This document shows, piece by piece, positions 29,226 through 38,865 of a stretch of DNA of 64,000 nt. The position numbers and the translations under genes are program-made. The notes under the pieces are model-generated. The model ran no database searches. It was given only the letters and a program-made list of their open reading frames with translations, and was not told where the DNA came from. The stretch comes from an uncultured Candidatus Saccharibacteria bacterium (GTDB lineage: Bacteria; Patescibacteriota; Minisyncoccia; Phycocordibacterales; UBA9973): assembly GCA_964473175.1 (NCBI GenBank), contig CAYYNN010000002.1, positions 4,563-68,562 of the forward strand, in the 5' to 3' direction. The stretch's first letter is position 1. Each line of letters opens with the position of its first letter.

Positions 29226-29270
29226 CCGTCTATTGTACTGACTCCTTCAAAAATGGCAATTTATCCGTCG

Positions 29271-29540
29271 TTACACCATATCCACCCCTGGTTCATTTCC
29301 GGGGTGACATCGACCAACTCGATCTGCTGTTTTTCTCAGTGCGACGAGGAATGGGTACTTTTTGAACGCCAATATACCGTACTCTGAACATGTTGGATAA
29401 AATATACATGTCGGACGTGGATAAAAGGGGATAAAACGTAGTATTCCAACACTTGGCGAGAAAATAACCCTGTATATAGTAATACATACTATAGCGATAC
29501 TGTTGAGCACTCTATTTTTGCGTTTTTTTGAGTAATTCAT
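29271..29540 (-). CDS. yidD: Membrane protein insertion efficiency factor YidD
   Basis: FYPTCSEYGILAFKKYP motif (CxFxPTCSxY). Start trimmed to MNYSKK. Confidence 0.75.
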   Translation of the reverse strand: MNYSKKRKNRVLNSIAIVCITIYRVIFSPSVGILRFIPFYPRPTCIFYPTCSEYGILAFKKYPFLVALRKTADRVGRCHPGNEPGVDMV

Positions 29541-29832
29541 TAAAAAGTCTTTGTATTTCAATGTATTCTAGTGAATATATGGATTTAGATGTGTACAAAA
29601 TGCCTTTGATTTGCGGATTTGCATCCCCAAAAAGTGCATATACACGTCGTCGTAGTTTATTTCGAATTACCGCCTTCTTTTGATGCTTGCTGCTTGTAAC
29701 GACAGAAAGTGCTTTTTCACCACTTTTAACATATTTGAGAGTGCCGAGTTGATTATAAATAACCAAAATATCCTTATTTTTAAGGATATTTGAGAACTGA
29801 GAGCGGGAGAACCGTTCCTTTTGAGAAAGCAT
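29512..29832 (-). CDS. rnpA: Ribonuclease P protein component
   Basis: KKAVIRNKLRRRVYA basic motif and position between rpmH and yidD. Confidence 0.8.
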   Translation of the reverse strand: MLSQKERFSRSQFSNILKNKDILVIYNQLGTLKYVKSGEKALSVVTSSKHQKKAVIRNKLRRRVYALFGDANPQIKGILYTSKSIYSLEYIEIQRLFNELLKKTQK

Positions 29833-29843
29833 AGCCTAAATGA

Positions 29844-29978
29844 TTAGACGCTGAGCTTCGCACGACCTTTATGACGACGTGCTTTGAGTACCTTGCGGCC
29901 ACCAACACTTGCACTCCGGACCAAGAATCCGTGTGTCGTTGCTCGTTTTCGCTTGTTTGGTTGATAGGTCTGTGACAT
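29844..29978 (-). CDS. rpmH: 50S ribosomal protein L34
   Basis: Translation [44 protein letters not shown] matches the L34 consensus. 44 aa, too short for the ORF track. Confidence 0.85.
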   Translation of the reverse strand: MSQTYQPNKRKRATTHGFLVRSASVGGRKVLKARRHKGRAKLSV

Positions 29979-30041
29979 AAGTATTGGAGACTATACACAA
30001 AAAGAGGGAAGTAATCAAGTCTTCTGTCTCCGCCGCGATTT

Positions 30042-30050
30042 CTGATATAA
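30042..30050 (+). promoter_or_regulatory. Extended -10 promoter element (TGATATAAT) upstream of dnaA overlapping a DnaA-box-like site (TAATCCACA)
   Basis: TGnTATAAT consensus about 45 nt upstream of the dnaA start. Adjacent TTATACACA near-box. Confidence 0.4.
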
Positions 30051-30090
30051 TCCACACTGTACACAGGTTATACACACTTTCAACAAAGTC

Positions 30091-31473
30091 GTGAATGTAC
30101 TGTATGATACATCTATGCAACACTCTCCTGAAACAACTATTGAGAACCTCTGGAGTACCTGCCTGCAGGAGATAGAGCCCCAGGTTACCAATGCAAACTT
30201 TACTACATGGTTCAAAAATACCGCTATTAGTAAAGAAGAGGATGGTATTATTTTCATCGCGGTACCAAACGAGTTCGTTAGAGAATGGATGATAACGAAA
30301 TACCATAAACTAATCCTTAAAACTATTGTGGATCACTATGGGCATATTCGAGGTGTTGAGTTCATCATCGGAGCAGTTACTCCTGTAGTTGTTACCCCAA
30401 AAGCTCCTATAGAAACCCTTACAAACGAACTTCCGTTGCAAAACTTGTATATCAACCGCGATGACAACCTCAACCCCCGCTATACATTCGACAGCTTCAT
30501 TGTAGGGCCATTTAACGAACTCGCGTATGCAGCTGCCCAAGCGGTGGTCAAAAACCCTCAAAATGCATATAACCCATTGTTTTTCTATAGCCAAAGTGGT
30601 CTTGGTAAAACGCACCTTATCCAATCAGTAGGAAATGCGCTTAAACAACAGTTTCCAGAGAAGCGAGTACTCTACACAACTGCGGAGAAGTTCAGTAATG
30701 ACTATGTAAGTTCTGTACAAAACAATAAACCCATCGTTTTCCGTGAAAAATACCGCAAATTTGATGTTCTCATCATTGATGATATCCAATTTATTTCTGG
30801 AAAAGAACAAACACAAAATGAATTGTTTCACCTCTTCAATACTCTCTATGAGCAGAATAAAAATATCATCTTTTCATCTGATAAACACCCTAACCATATC
30901 ATTGGTCTCGAAGATCGATTGAAAACCCGTTTCAATGCAGGAATGACTATTGATATACAAGAACCTGACCTTGAAAGTCGACTCGCTATTGTTCGAGAAA
31001 AGAGTAGTCATCTCACTCATCAACTTGATGAGGAAGTACTTCTCTATGTCGCATCAGTGGTCACGAGTAGTATTCGAGAGCTTGAAGGAGTACTTAATGT
31101 TATATCTGTACATGCAGAAGTGAAACAAAAACCTATTTCTCTTGCTGAAGTAAAGATTCTTATTAAAAACAGTGTTAAGCCAAAGAAAGTAGTCTCTATC
31201 GACACTGTTGTAAAGCTTATTTCCGAATACTACAACTTAGATGAACGTGTTATTTATGAAAAAACACGTCGAAAAGAAATAGTCCGCGCCCGACAAATCA
31301 TCATGTTCATGCTTCGAGAGGATTTCAACGAATCATATCCTTCTATTGGTGCAAAACTTGGGGGAAAAGACCACACGACAGTCATTCATTCATATGAAAA
31401 AATCAAAAGTGAACTTTCTCATGATGCACAACTTATGAAACAACTTGAAGATATCCGTATCATGTTTAAATGA
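30091..31473 (+). CDS. dnaA: Chromosomal replication initiator protein DnaA
   Basis: AAA+ Walker A GLGKTHL, DnaA signature and C-terminal DNA-binding domain (HTTVIHSYEKI). 460 aa. Confidence 0.95.
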   Translation: MNVLYDTSMQHSPETTIENLWSTCLQEIEPQVTNANFTTWFKNTAISKEEDGIIFIAVPNEFVREWMITKYHKLILKTIVDHYGHIRGVEFIIGAVTPVVVTPKAPIETLTNELPLQNLYINRDDNLNPRYTFDSFIVGPFNELAYAAAQAVVKNPQNAYNPLFFYSQSGLGKTHLIQSVGNALKQQFPEKRVLYTTAEKFSNDYVSSVQNNKPIVFREKYRKFDVLIIDDIQFISGKEQTQNELFHLFNTLYEQNKNIIFSSDKHPNHIIGLEDRLKTRFNAGMTIDIQEPDLESRLAIVREKSSHLTHQLDEEVLLYVASVVTSSIRELEGVLNVISVHAEVKQKPISLAEVKILIKNSVKPKKVVSIDTVVKLISEYYNLDERVIYEKTRRKEIVRARQIIMFMLREDFNESYPSIGAKLGGKDHTTVIHSYEKIKSELSHDAQLMKQLEDIRIMFK

Positions 31474-31669
31474 TGTGGATATCTATGAGAAAGCGCTCGA
31501 ATAAACAGAGGAAACACTATGTATAGCGAGGGGATAGTGTTGATGAGTCAAAAAGATATCTGAGATACACTATCACTATCCACAACCCCTATTCCTTATA
31601 TATCCTTATATACAAACGTTTTATACGTATTATCCACAATCCACACCATATACTAAACGAAAAATTTTT
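31474..31669. other. Putative oriC: DnaA boxes (TTATCCACA at 31630, CTATCCACA at 31576, ATATCCACA on minus at 31475, AATCCACAC at 31638) plus AT-rich unwinding stretch
   Basis: Perfect and one-mismatch matches to the DnaA-box consensus in the dnaA-dnaN intergenic region. Confidence 0.6.
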
Positions 31670-32767
31670 ATGAAAGTACATTGTTCAGTAGAAAAATTAA
31701 AAAATGCAGTAACGCTCGCTGATCGAATGACTGGTAAGCATTTAACATTACCAATACTGCATTCAATACTTTTGACCGCATCTGGGAATACTATAAAAAT
31801 CCGCTCTACGAACTTGACTGTTGGTATAGAAATTGAAATCCCTGCAAAAATTGAACAAGAAGGTACTGTAGTAATCAAAGGGGATATCGTTGCCAATATT
31901 TGTAATAATCTTTCAGGAGTTACTGATATAACACTTTCATTAGAGAATGAAAATCTCACTATTACTTCACATAAAACAACAACCGTTATCAAGTCACTTC
32001 CTGCTGAAGAATTCCCTGCACTCCCGATAGTAGAAGGGGAAATGTTTGATATTAAAAGTGAAGTATTACAAGAAGCGTTACGAAGTGTGTATTTTGCTGC
32101 AGCAGTGAGTGAAATTAAACCTGAAATTTCAAGTATTTATCTGTATAGTGAAAATGGAACATTGTTTATTGTTGCAACAGACTCTTTTCGACTTGCTGAG
32201 AAAAAAATAGTACTAAAAGGTATTCCAGATATTTCAAAGATTCTTATTCCGTACAAGAATGTTGCTGACTTACTTCGTGCGCTTGAAGTTTCAGGGGACA
32301 CAGTACATGTTTCATACACTCGTAATCAGATATCGTTTCGTGGTAATACTATGTACTTCACTTCTCGGCTCATCGACGGAGGATTTCCCCCGTACCAACT
32401 GATTATCCCAAAAGAAGAAGTGACAAAAGTTGTTGTGATGAAACAGGATCTCTTGAATACATTGAAACTCTCAACTATTTTTGCTGACAAATTTTTCCAA
32501 GTAGTATTTTCTATTAACCCTACCGAGAAACAAATATCACTATCATCTAAAAATAGTGATGTCGGGTCTTCACTTTCTCTTGTAGATTCCGTTGTTCAAG
32601 GAGAAGCGATAGAGGTTGTCTGTAATCTCAAATATTTCCTTGATGTATTTCAAGCACTTTCTGGGGACAGTGTTTCTTTATCATTTACTACACCAACCAA
32701 ACCTATTGTTGTACGGGCTATTAACGATACTTCATTTCTTTATTTACTGATGCCAACAAATAGATAG
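31670..32767 (+). CDS. dnaN: DNA polymerase III beta sliding clamp
   Basis: Position after dnaA. N-terminal MKVHCSVEKLKNAVTLADRMTGKHLTLPILHSILL typical of DnaN. 365 aa. Confidence 0.9.
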   Translation: MKVHCSVEKLKNAVTLADRMTGKHLTLPILHSILLTASGNTIKIRSTNLTVGIEIEIPAKIEQEGTVVIKGDIVANICNNLSGVTDITLSLENENLTITSHKTTTVIKSLPAEEFPALPIVEGEMFDIKSEVLQEALRSVYFAAAVSEIKPEISSIYLYSENGTLFIVATDSFRLAEKKIVLKGIPDISKILIPYKNVADLLRALEVSGDTVHVSYTRNQISFRGNTMYFTSRLIDGGFPPYQLIIPKEEVTKVVVMKQDLLNTLKLSTIFADKFFQVVFSINPTEKQISLSSKNSDVGSSLSLVDSVVQGEAIEVVCNLKYFLDVFQALSGDSVSLSFTTPTKPIVVRAINDTSFLYLLMPTNR

Positions 32768-32779
32768 TGTATATAGGAT

Positions 32780-33034
32780 ATGTCACTCTTTAACGCATTA
32801 CTCCATGGGCTTAAACAAAAGATTGATGCACAAAACACCTATAAAGATGTCGTTATTGTTTCCATAAAAGAAATTGTGAATATAACACTCACTCACGATG
32901 CTATTATTTCACTTAAAGAAGGAATTCTTGTACTACAAGTAACTCCAACAGTTAAAACAGCACTTCTATTAAAGAAAGAAAAAGTAATAGCATTATTACA
33001 ACAAAAAGGTCTTAAAATAGTATCTATTAGATAA
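32780..33034 (+). CDS. DUF721 (DciA-like) small protein
   Basis: KEGILVLQVTPTVKTALLLKKEKVIALLQQKGLKIVSI resembles DUF721, found near dnaN-recF loci. Confidence 0.45.
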   Translation: MSLFNALLHGLKQKIDAQNTYKDVVIVSIKEIVNITLTHDAIISLKEGILVLQVTPTVKTALLLKKEKVIALLQQKGLKIVSIR

Positions 33035-35549
33035 CAGTAAAAGGAACCTCAATTGTTTTTTTTGAGAAGATAGCATTGGTCCCTATGGCTTTCATTGTAT
33101 AGGTTCCTGTAGTATAGCCGTATTCAGTAGGGGTAAATCTCAAACGAAATGGTGCAGAGAGTGTTGTAACTAATTTATTATTAACAAACAAGTCAACTGA
33201 CGTAAGAGGGTACTGACTATCACTCGCAACACTGATAGTGGTAGGGGTGTTTAGTGGTATTTGATTTGAAATACCACTAATAGTCAGGCGAGAGTTTGTG
33301 TCATTTGCGTGTACCGTGTCGTAGCCTGTTGGAATATCACTAAGTGTTGTTCCGGGGTATGACATATAGTTATTTGCCCACCATGTTTGCACTGACGGAC
33401 TCCAAAGACGGAATTGAGGATCATCACTAGGGTTTGTTGGGGCTGGTCCACGGGGGTCTTTTTTATTTACCCAATACAGAATACTTTGTACATCAGTGAT
33501 AATTTTCTCGATACGAGATTCTGCTGGCGTATCAGGTGTTGCTTGTAAACCGGTCACTCTATCTATTTCAACAGTGCGGTTACCCATCCATTTTCCACGA
33601 AGAATTGGCTTCAAGCTATCATAATCAGGATCAGGAATTGGTTTTTCAAATGCAGGAGCAGGGTGTTCTGCGAGGTACTCCTCCATAAATGTTTTCCATA
33701 TAGGACCAGATACGGTACCACCACCGCTACGCATGGATTTATTGTCATTGTTACCACTCCACACAGCTGTAACAATAGACGGTGTGTACCCAATAATCCA
33801 CGCATCACGGTCATCGTTGGTTGTACCGGTCTTTACTGCGACTCCGGGAATAGTGATACTACTTCCAAATGTAGGAATACGAGCATTGGCATCACTAAGA
33901 ACATCGTTGAGCGTGAGGACTGCATTTTTATCCATTACTTGCGCGCTATCTGGTGTAAAGTGCTCGATAACTTTACTTGCATTATCTTTGACTTCAAGGA
34001 TACCGGTTGTTGGGTTACGAAGACCTGAGTTCGCAAAAACTCCATAGGCACTAGCCATATCCAAAAGTCGTACTTCTCCTCCACCGAGTACAAGAGAGAG
34101 TCCATAATTACTCTTATCTTTCAATGTTGAAAGTCCGAGAGCTTTTGCGTTTGCGAGAACATCATCAAGTCCAGTAAGGTACAAGAGTTTTACCGATGGA
34201 ACGTTACGAGATTCAGCAATTGCACTACGCAATGATATTGGACCTTTAAATTTATTATCAAAGTTTTGAGGGTGATAACAATCCTTAGTACTATTACCAG
34301 ATAACGGAGTAGAACTCGAGGTACAACTTGTCGAGAACTCTGTTGGCACATCAAAGAGGATAGTGTCAGGTGTGTATCCTTGTTGGAATGCTGTTGCATA
34401 CACAAAGGGTTTAAAGGATGATCCTGGTTGTCTGTCAGCGAGCGCAATGTTATACGCTCCATCGATGTCTTTACTAAAGTAGTCTTTGGATCCAACCATT
34501 GCTAATATTTGTCCTGTAGTAGGGTCAAGAGCAACCATTGCCTCGTTAGATGCATTAAACTTTTTGAGATTACTCTCAGCATACTTGGTGACTGCAGCTT
34601 CAGCTTTCTGTTGTAGTTCATAATCAAGTGTTGTTGTAATAGTGTAGCCACCACTTTCCATGACATCTTTTCCATATTTTTGTTCTAGATAATCGAGTAT
34701 CCAAAAGGTGAAGTGAGGAGCTTTGATACTGTTGGATGCAGAAAGATTAAACACAACCTTTTCTGCTTTTGCGGTATCAAGTTGTTCCTGGGTGATGTAT
34801 CCGTACTGCTCCATCTTTGAAAGGACTAAGTCTTTTCGTTCATCAAGCTTGTCTTTGTGTGCTCCAAAAGGGGAATAGTATGTTGGAGCAGGAATCATCG
34901 CAGCGAGGTACGCTGACTGCGCAAGACTCAAATCTTTTGCGTCCATTGTAAAGAACGCTTTTGATGCTTCTTGTACACCATAAATAGTACTCCCAAACGG
35001 TGCATCGTTGAGATAAATCTGAAGAATTTGCTCTTTTGTAAACTGTCGTTCTAGTTTCAATGCTAACACCCATTCTTTGAATTTTCGTGAAATAGTCTTG
35101 TCGGTATTGAGGAGTGTGTTTTTGATGATTTGCTGTGTCAGCGTAGAACCTCCTTGTGAGAAGCTGCCTGTGGTGAAGTTTACAAAGACCGCACGTAGTA
35201 TAGATGTCGGTCTGATGCCAGAGTGTGTATAGAAATGTGAATCTTCAATAGAAACAACTGCGTTTTTGATGTTGTCACCCATTTGGTCTGAAGGGATTTC
35301 GGTCCGGCGGACACCTTGGTTGATGTCATAGAGTACGACACCATTGCGATCGGTGATCTTGGAAGAGTTGGCTATTTTGCGAGCTTCAAATGTAGAGATG
35401 TCAGGAAGCTTGATTGTTGCGGCCCATATCAGGCCACTTCCTATGAGGAGGAATCCGAAGGCGATAAGGACCAATAGTATTTTTTTCCAGCTGAAGGTTT
35501 TGAACCAGTCCGTTATAGTATTTTTTTTCTTTGGCATAGTAGGTATCAT
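33027..35549 (-). CDS. Class A penicillin-binding protein 1A (transglycosylase/transpeptidase)
   Basis: GT51 motifs SIEDSHFYTHSGI, GGSTLTQQ and a transpeptidase domain. N-terminal TM. 840 aa. Confidence 0.9.
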   Translation of the reverse strand: MIPTMPKKKNTITDWFKTFSWKKILLVLIAFGFLLIGSGLIWAATIKLPDISTFEARKIANSSKITDRNGVVLYDINQGVRRTEIPSDQMGDNIKNAVVSIEDSHFYTHSGIRPTSILRAVFVNFTTGSFSQGGSTLTQQIIKNTLLNTDKTISRKFKEWVLALKLERQFTKEQILQIYLNDAPFGSTIYGVQEASKAFFTMDAKDLSLAQSAYLAAMIPAPTYYSPFGAHKDKLDERKDLVLSKMEQYGYITQEQLDTAKAEKVVFNLSASNSIKAPHFTFWILDYLEQKYGKDVMESGGYTITTTLDYELQQKAEAAVTKYAESNLKKFNASNEAMVALDPTTGQILAMVGSKDYFSKDIDGAYNIALADRQPGSSFKPFVYATAFQQGYTPDTILFDVPTEFSTSCTSSSTPLSGNSTKDCYHPQNFDNKFKGPISLRSAIAESRNVPSVKLLYLTGLDDVLANAKALGLSTLKDKSNYGLSLVLGGGEVRLLDMASAYGVFANSGLRNPTTGILEVKDNASKVIEHFTPDSAQVMDKNAVLTLNDVLSDANARIPTFGSSITIPGVAVKTGTTNDDRDAWIIGYTPSIVTAVWSGNNDNKSMRSGGGTVSGPIWKTFMEEYLAEHPAPAFEKPIPDPDYDSLKPILRGKWMGNRTVEIDRVTGLQATPDTPAESRIEKIITDVQSILYWVNKKDPRGPAPTNPSDDPQFRLWSPSVQTWWANNYMSYPGTTLSDIPTGYDTVHANDTNSRLTISGISNQIPLNTPTTISVASDSQYPLTSVDLFVNNKLVTTLSAPFRLRFTPTEYGYTTGTYTMKAIGTNAIFSKKTIEVPFTVI

Positions 35550-35664
35550 AGCAATTGGGGAGTGTTTATAAAAGACGAGCTACTATAGCAGAGTATTACA
35601 ATAATTGCTTATTTGTAAAAGACGAAGTATTTCATGAGTTTCTTGCGAAGTTGCTCGGCTTTCC

Positions 35665-36543
35665 TTACTTATTAATTTTTAGTAATTCAACAACTTCATC
35701 CTCGTTCTTACACGCGTATAGTTTCTGTATTAATTCTCGCTCATGCTTATCTTCTGTAGTTTTCAACACTTCTTCCATATGGAATGTCTCAATCGCATGT
35801 AGTGCAAAACCAACCGCACCACCAACTGGTGCAAATGTTTCTTCACCGATTTGTGGCATATGTTCTGCAAAGTAGTCCAAACATTCCTTCCATTGTTCGA
35901 GGGATGTGTAGGTGGTGGGAATAAAGTGTATGTGACCATCATCGATGGTGACGGTGGTACCAAACTTTTCTTTGAGGCCTTGGGTCAATGACTCGGGTAC
36001 GACTACGGCATCTCGTAAATGGAAGAATTGAGTTCCAGCAAATTCATCGCAGAAACCCGACTCAGTAGTCTGGTACCCCTTGCGTCGTAGTGTCAATACA
36101 GCATCTCGTGTTTGTGACTCAATTTGTTCTATGTAACATCCCAACAATAGCTCTTGTGCTGTCGGCATCGGAGATACCTCTTTGCGGCGCTCGAGGTCGG
36201 GGTGGCCGTATCCTCGAACGCGCTGATAGTCCACCATGCTTTTTAGGTTATCTACCGACAGCGGTTCTATTGTTTCAAGTGAACGATTTGCATTGCCAGT
36301 ATAGTAGTGAAATGTTCCACCGATTATTTTCTCAAATTCTGAATCATTAAGTGATGTCAAAAATGCTGTACCGTCGGCATTAAGTGCAGCAGGGAAGTTC
36401 TTTTCAAACATTTCAATATTTCGGAGGTTGTCAGTTGTATCATTGGGACGTTGTTCTAAATGAGTACGAGCGGTATCAATCAATACTTTCAATCGCTCCT
36501 CAAACGATGGCTGCTGCTCGGGGGTAAGTGAGAGTTGTTCCAT
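35665..36543 (-). CDS. Hypothetical cytoplasmic protein (orphan)
   Basis: 292-aa ORF, no motif. Locally somewhat more GC-rich than its neighbours (by eye). Confidence 0.45.
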   Translation of the reverse strand: MEQLSLTPEQQPSFEERLKVLIDTARTHLEQRPNDTTDNLRNIEMFEKNFPAALNADGTAFLTSLNDSEFEKIIGGTFHYYTGNANRSLETIEPLSVDNLKSMVDYQRVRGYGHPDLERRKEVSPMPTAQELLLGCYIEQIESQTRDAVLTLRRKGYQTTESGFCDEFAGTQFFHLRDAVVVPESLTQGLKEKFGTTVTIDDGHIHFIPTTYTSLEQWKECLDYFAEHMPQIGEETFAPVGGAVGFALHAIETFHMEEVLKTTEDKHERELIQKLYACKNEDEVVELLKINK

Positions 36544-36607
36544 AACCTCAGTATACCATTGCGCTATATAGTAAAAGTGGCCTTCATAAAATGAAGGCCA
36601 CTGTGTT

Positions 36608-36994
36608 TTAATTTAAATTTGTGTTTTTGCCATTGAGAATATCAAATGCTTCCTCATTAGAGGTCTCACCTTCCTCATCTTCAATATTGATCTTCATTCC
36701 AATTGCGAATGAGAATGCAATCTTTTCCTCTTTAAAGAATTCTGTAAGTTCTTTTTCTAGGTTGGCGTATTCGAGACTGGGAGGGAGGATAAGTTCTACT
36801 GCAATGATTTTGATAGAATGACTAACGCATCGGCCGACCCACCATCCAATATTTTCTAATAATCTTTCGATAATACCTTCCCGAAATTGGGGCCGTATCA
36901 TTTGATCAATAGGTAACGGCTTGATATGTAGGGAATAGGTGAGCCTGTAGCCATACTGTAATCGTGTGCATAAAACAGTTATTTTACTTTCCAT
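36608..36994 (-). CDS. Hypothetical protein (orphan)
   Basis: 128-aa ORF co-directional with 35665..36543. Confidence 0.4.
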   Translation of the reverse strand: MESKITVLCTRLQYGYRLTYSLHIKPLPIDQMIRPQFREGIIERLLENIGWWVGRCVSHSIKIIAVELILPPSLEYANLEKELTEFFKEEKIAFSFAIGMKINIEDEEGETSNEEAFDILNGKNTNLN

Positions 36995-37113
36995 ATAGAA
37001 TTTTTAAATGAATGATTAAAAGCATACTATCATAGAAGTATTGACATGTCAAATATTATATGCTATTATACAGACATAGTTCTTTTAAACTTTCACCTTA
37101 AAATAGAAAATAA

Positions 37114-37338
37114 ATGAATAACTTTATAGGTTTTTTCTTGAGTACACCGCAACGTTGCTTGGCGACAATTGCTGGTTTATTGGTTGTATGGGGATGTTTC
37201 CATATGGAGCAGGTCTCAGCATTCTTTGATGCAATATTTCTTATACTGGTTAACAAGGTCTTACCGATAGTTATCGTTATTGCAATAATCATTGCTCTAC
37301 TAAATAAAGAGAAGGCAAAGCCACCAACAAAAAAATAA
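37114..37338 (+). CDS. Small two-TM membrane protein
   Basis: 74 aa, two hydrophobic helices. Followed by its own terminator hairpin at 37349-37382. Confidence 0.45.
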   Translation: MNNFIGFFLSTPQRCLATIAGLLVVWGCFHMEQVSAFFDAIFLILVNKVLPIVIVIAIIIALLNKEKAKPPTKK

Positions 37339-37348
37339 CGTTTACATT

Positions 37349-37382
37349 CTTATTATTTGAAGCACAACACTGTGCTTCTTTT
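37349..37382 (+). terminator. Intrinsic terminator (gaagcaca acac tgtgcttc + T7)
   Basis: 8-bp stem plus U-tract after the small ORF. Confidence 0.55.
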
Positions 37383-37432
37383 TTTATTCCAAAATGTCGA
37401 AATAGGCCAAAAATGCTACAATCCATCCATAT

Positions 37433-38629
37433 ATGGAACACATGGAAAAGGAGGAGAAAATTCAGATATTGCTTGAGAAGGGAGTAGCCGAGATATTACC
37501 AAGTAAAGGCTTCGTTGAGGCAGCACTGAAAAGCGGCAAGAAATTGTCAGTCTACTGCGGCTTTGATCCTACTGCACCAACATTGCATATTGGACACGCG
37601 ATCACGCTTCGCAAACTTCGCCACTTCCAAGATTTGGGACACAAGATTATTTTTCTCATTGGAGACTTCACTGCACGTATTGGGGACCCTACAGACAAAG
37701 GTGCAGCACGAAGTCAGCTGACTGAAAAAGAGATCAAGACAAACTTGAAGCTGTACAAAAAACAAGCGTCAAAATTTATCCGATTTACTGGAACAAATGC
37801 AGCAGTAGTAAAGTTTAACAATGCATGGCTCGGCAAAATGAAATTTGCTGATGTGCTCAACCTCGCGTCACACATGACGGTAGATCAAATGCTCAAGCGT
37901 GACATGTTCCAAAAGCGAAACGAAGAAGGGAAACCCATTTATATACATGAGTTCATGTACCCTTTGATGCAGGGCTACGATAGTGTCGCGATGGATGTTG
38001 ATGGAGAAGTGGGAGGGAATGATCAACTCTTTAACATGCTTGCTGGCCGAACACTACTCAAGCAGTTGAAACATAAAGAAAAGTTTGTCATCACTATGAA
38101 GCTCCTTGCAGATGCAAATGGCAAGAAAATGGGCAAGACTGAGGGTAACATGATCGCCCTTTCTGATACGCCTGCAGATATGTATGGCAAAGTCATGTCG
38201 TGGACTGACGACATGATCGTGTCCGGATTTGAATTGTGTACTGACTACAGCATGAATCAATGTAACACTATCAAACTTGAACTTGAGGCCGGCATCAATC
38301 CTCGTGATATCAAAATGCGTCTCGCATTTGAAATTGTAAAAAGTTGTAGTAGTGAAAAAGAAGCCGTGTCAGCTGAGGGCGCATTCGTTGCGACGTTTCA
38401 ACAAGGACAAAGTACTGGCGATATAACAGAGGTAACTGCCAACGGTCGAACACTCGAAGATATTCTCATTACAGAAAAACTTGTTGAGTCCAAAAGTGTC
38501 ATGCGTAGACTGATGGATGCCGGAGCTATTTCAAATTTCGATACTAAGGAAAAATTACAAGATGCCAAGGTAGTGGTAGATCCTGGGGTCTATAAAATAG
38601 GCAAGAACCGATTCATCAAGATCGTCTAA
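37433..38629 (+). CDS. tyrS: Tyrosine--tRNA ligase
   Basis: HIGH motif (LHIGHAI), KMGKT (KMSKS variant), C-terminal S4-like domain. 398 aa. Confidence 0.9.
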   Translation: MEHMEKEEKIQILLEKGVAEILPSKGFVEAALKSGKKLSVYCGFDPTAPTLHIGHAITLRKLRHFQDLGHKIIFLIGDFTARIGDPTDKGAARSQLTEKEIKTNLKLYKKQASKFIRFTGTNAAVVKFNNAWLGKMKFADVLNLASHMTVDQMLKRDMFQKRNEEGKPIYIHEFMYPLMQGYDSVAMDVDGEVGGNDQLFNMLAGRTLLKQLKHKEKFVITMKLLADANGKKMGKTEGNMIALSDTPADMYGKVMSWTDDMIVSGFELCTDYSMNQCNTIKLELEAGINPRDIKMRLAFEIVKSCSSEKEAVSAEGAFVATFQQGQSTGDITEVTANGRTLEDILITEKLVESKSVMRRLMDAGAISNFDTKEKLQDAKVVVDPGVYKIGKNRFIKIV

Positions 38630-38865
38630 AGCTTGAGCGTCTTTTTCATCAAGTCTTCCCATGTTTTCTGCAAAAGGGTCACGATCAAAAAAGAAGGTAG
38701 AAATACCAAAGATACAAGCACAAAGAGTGCAAAGTTCAGTAGTGAAATGAGTATCTTTTCGATTATTTCCATAAATCGCATACTAGCGCACTTCACCTTT
38801 TTTGCAAAAGAGTGTTTTTGTTGTGCAGCGAAGAGTCATGCCGGTCTTTGTGCTACCATAATGGT

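Noticed and set aside
29869-30306. 145-aa minus-strand ORF spanning the rpmH-dnaA spacer
   Set aside because: Out of frame with the clearly recognisable L34 gene on the same strand. It also covers the dnaA promoter, DnaA boxes and the dnaA 5' coding region.
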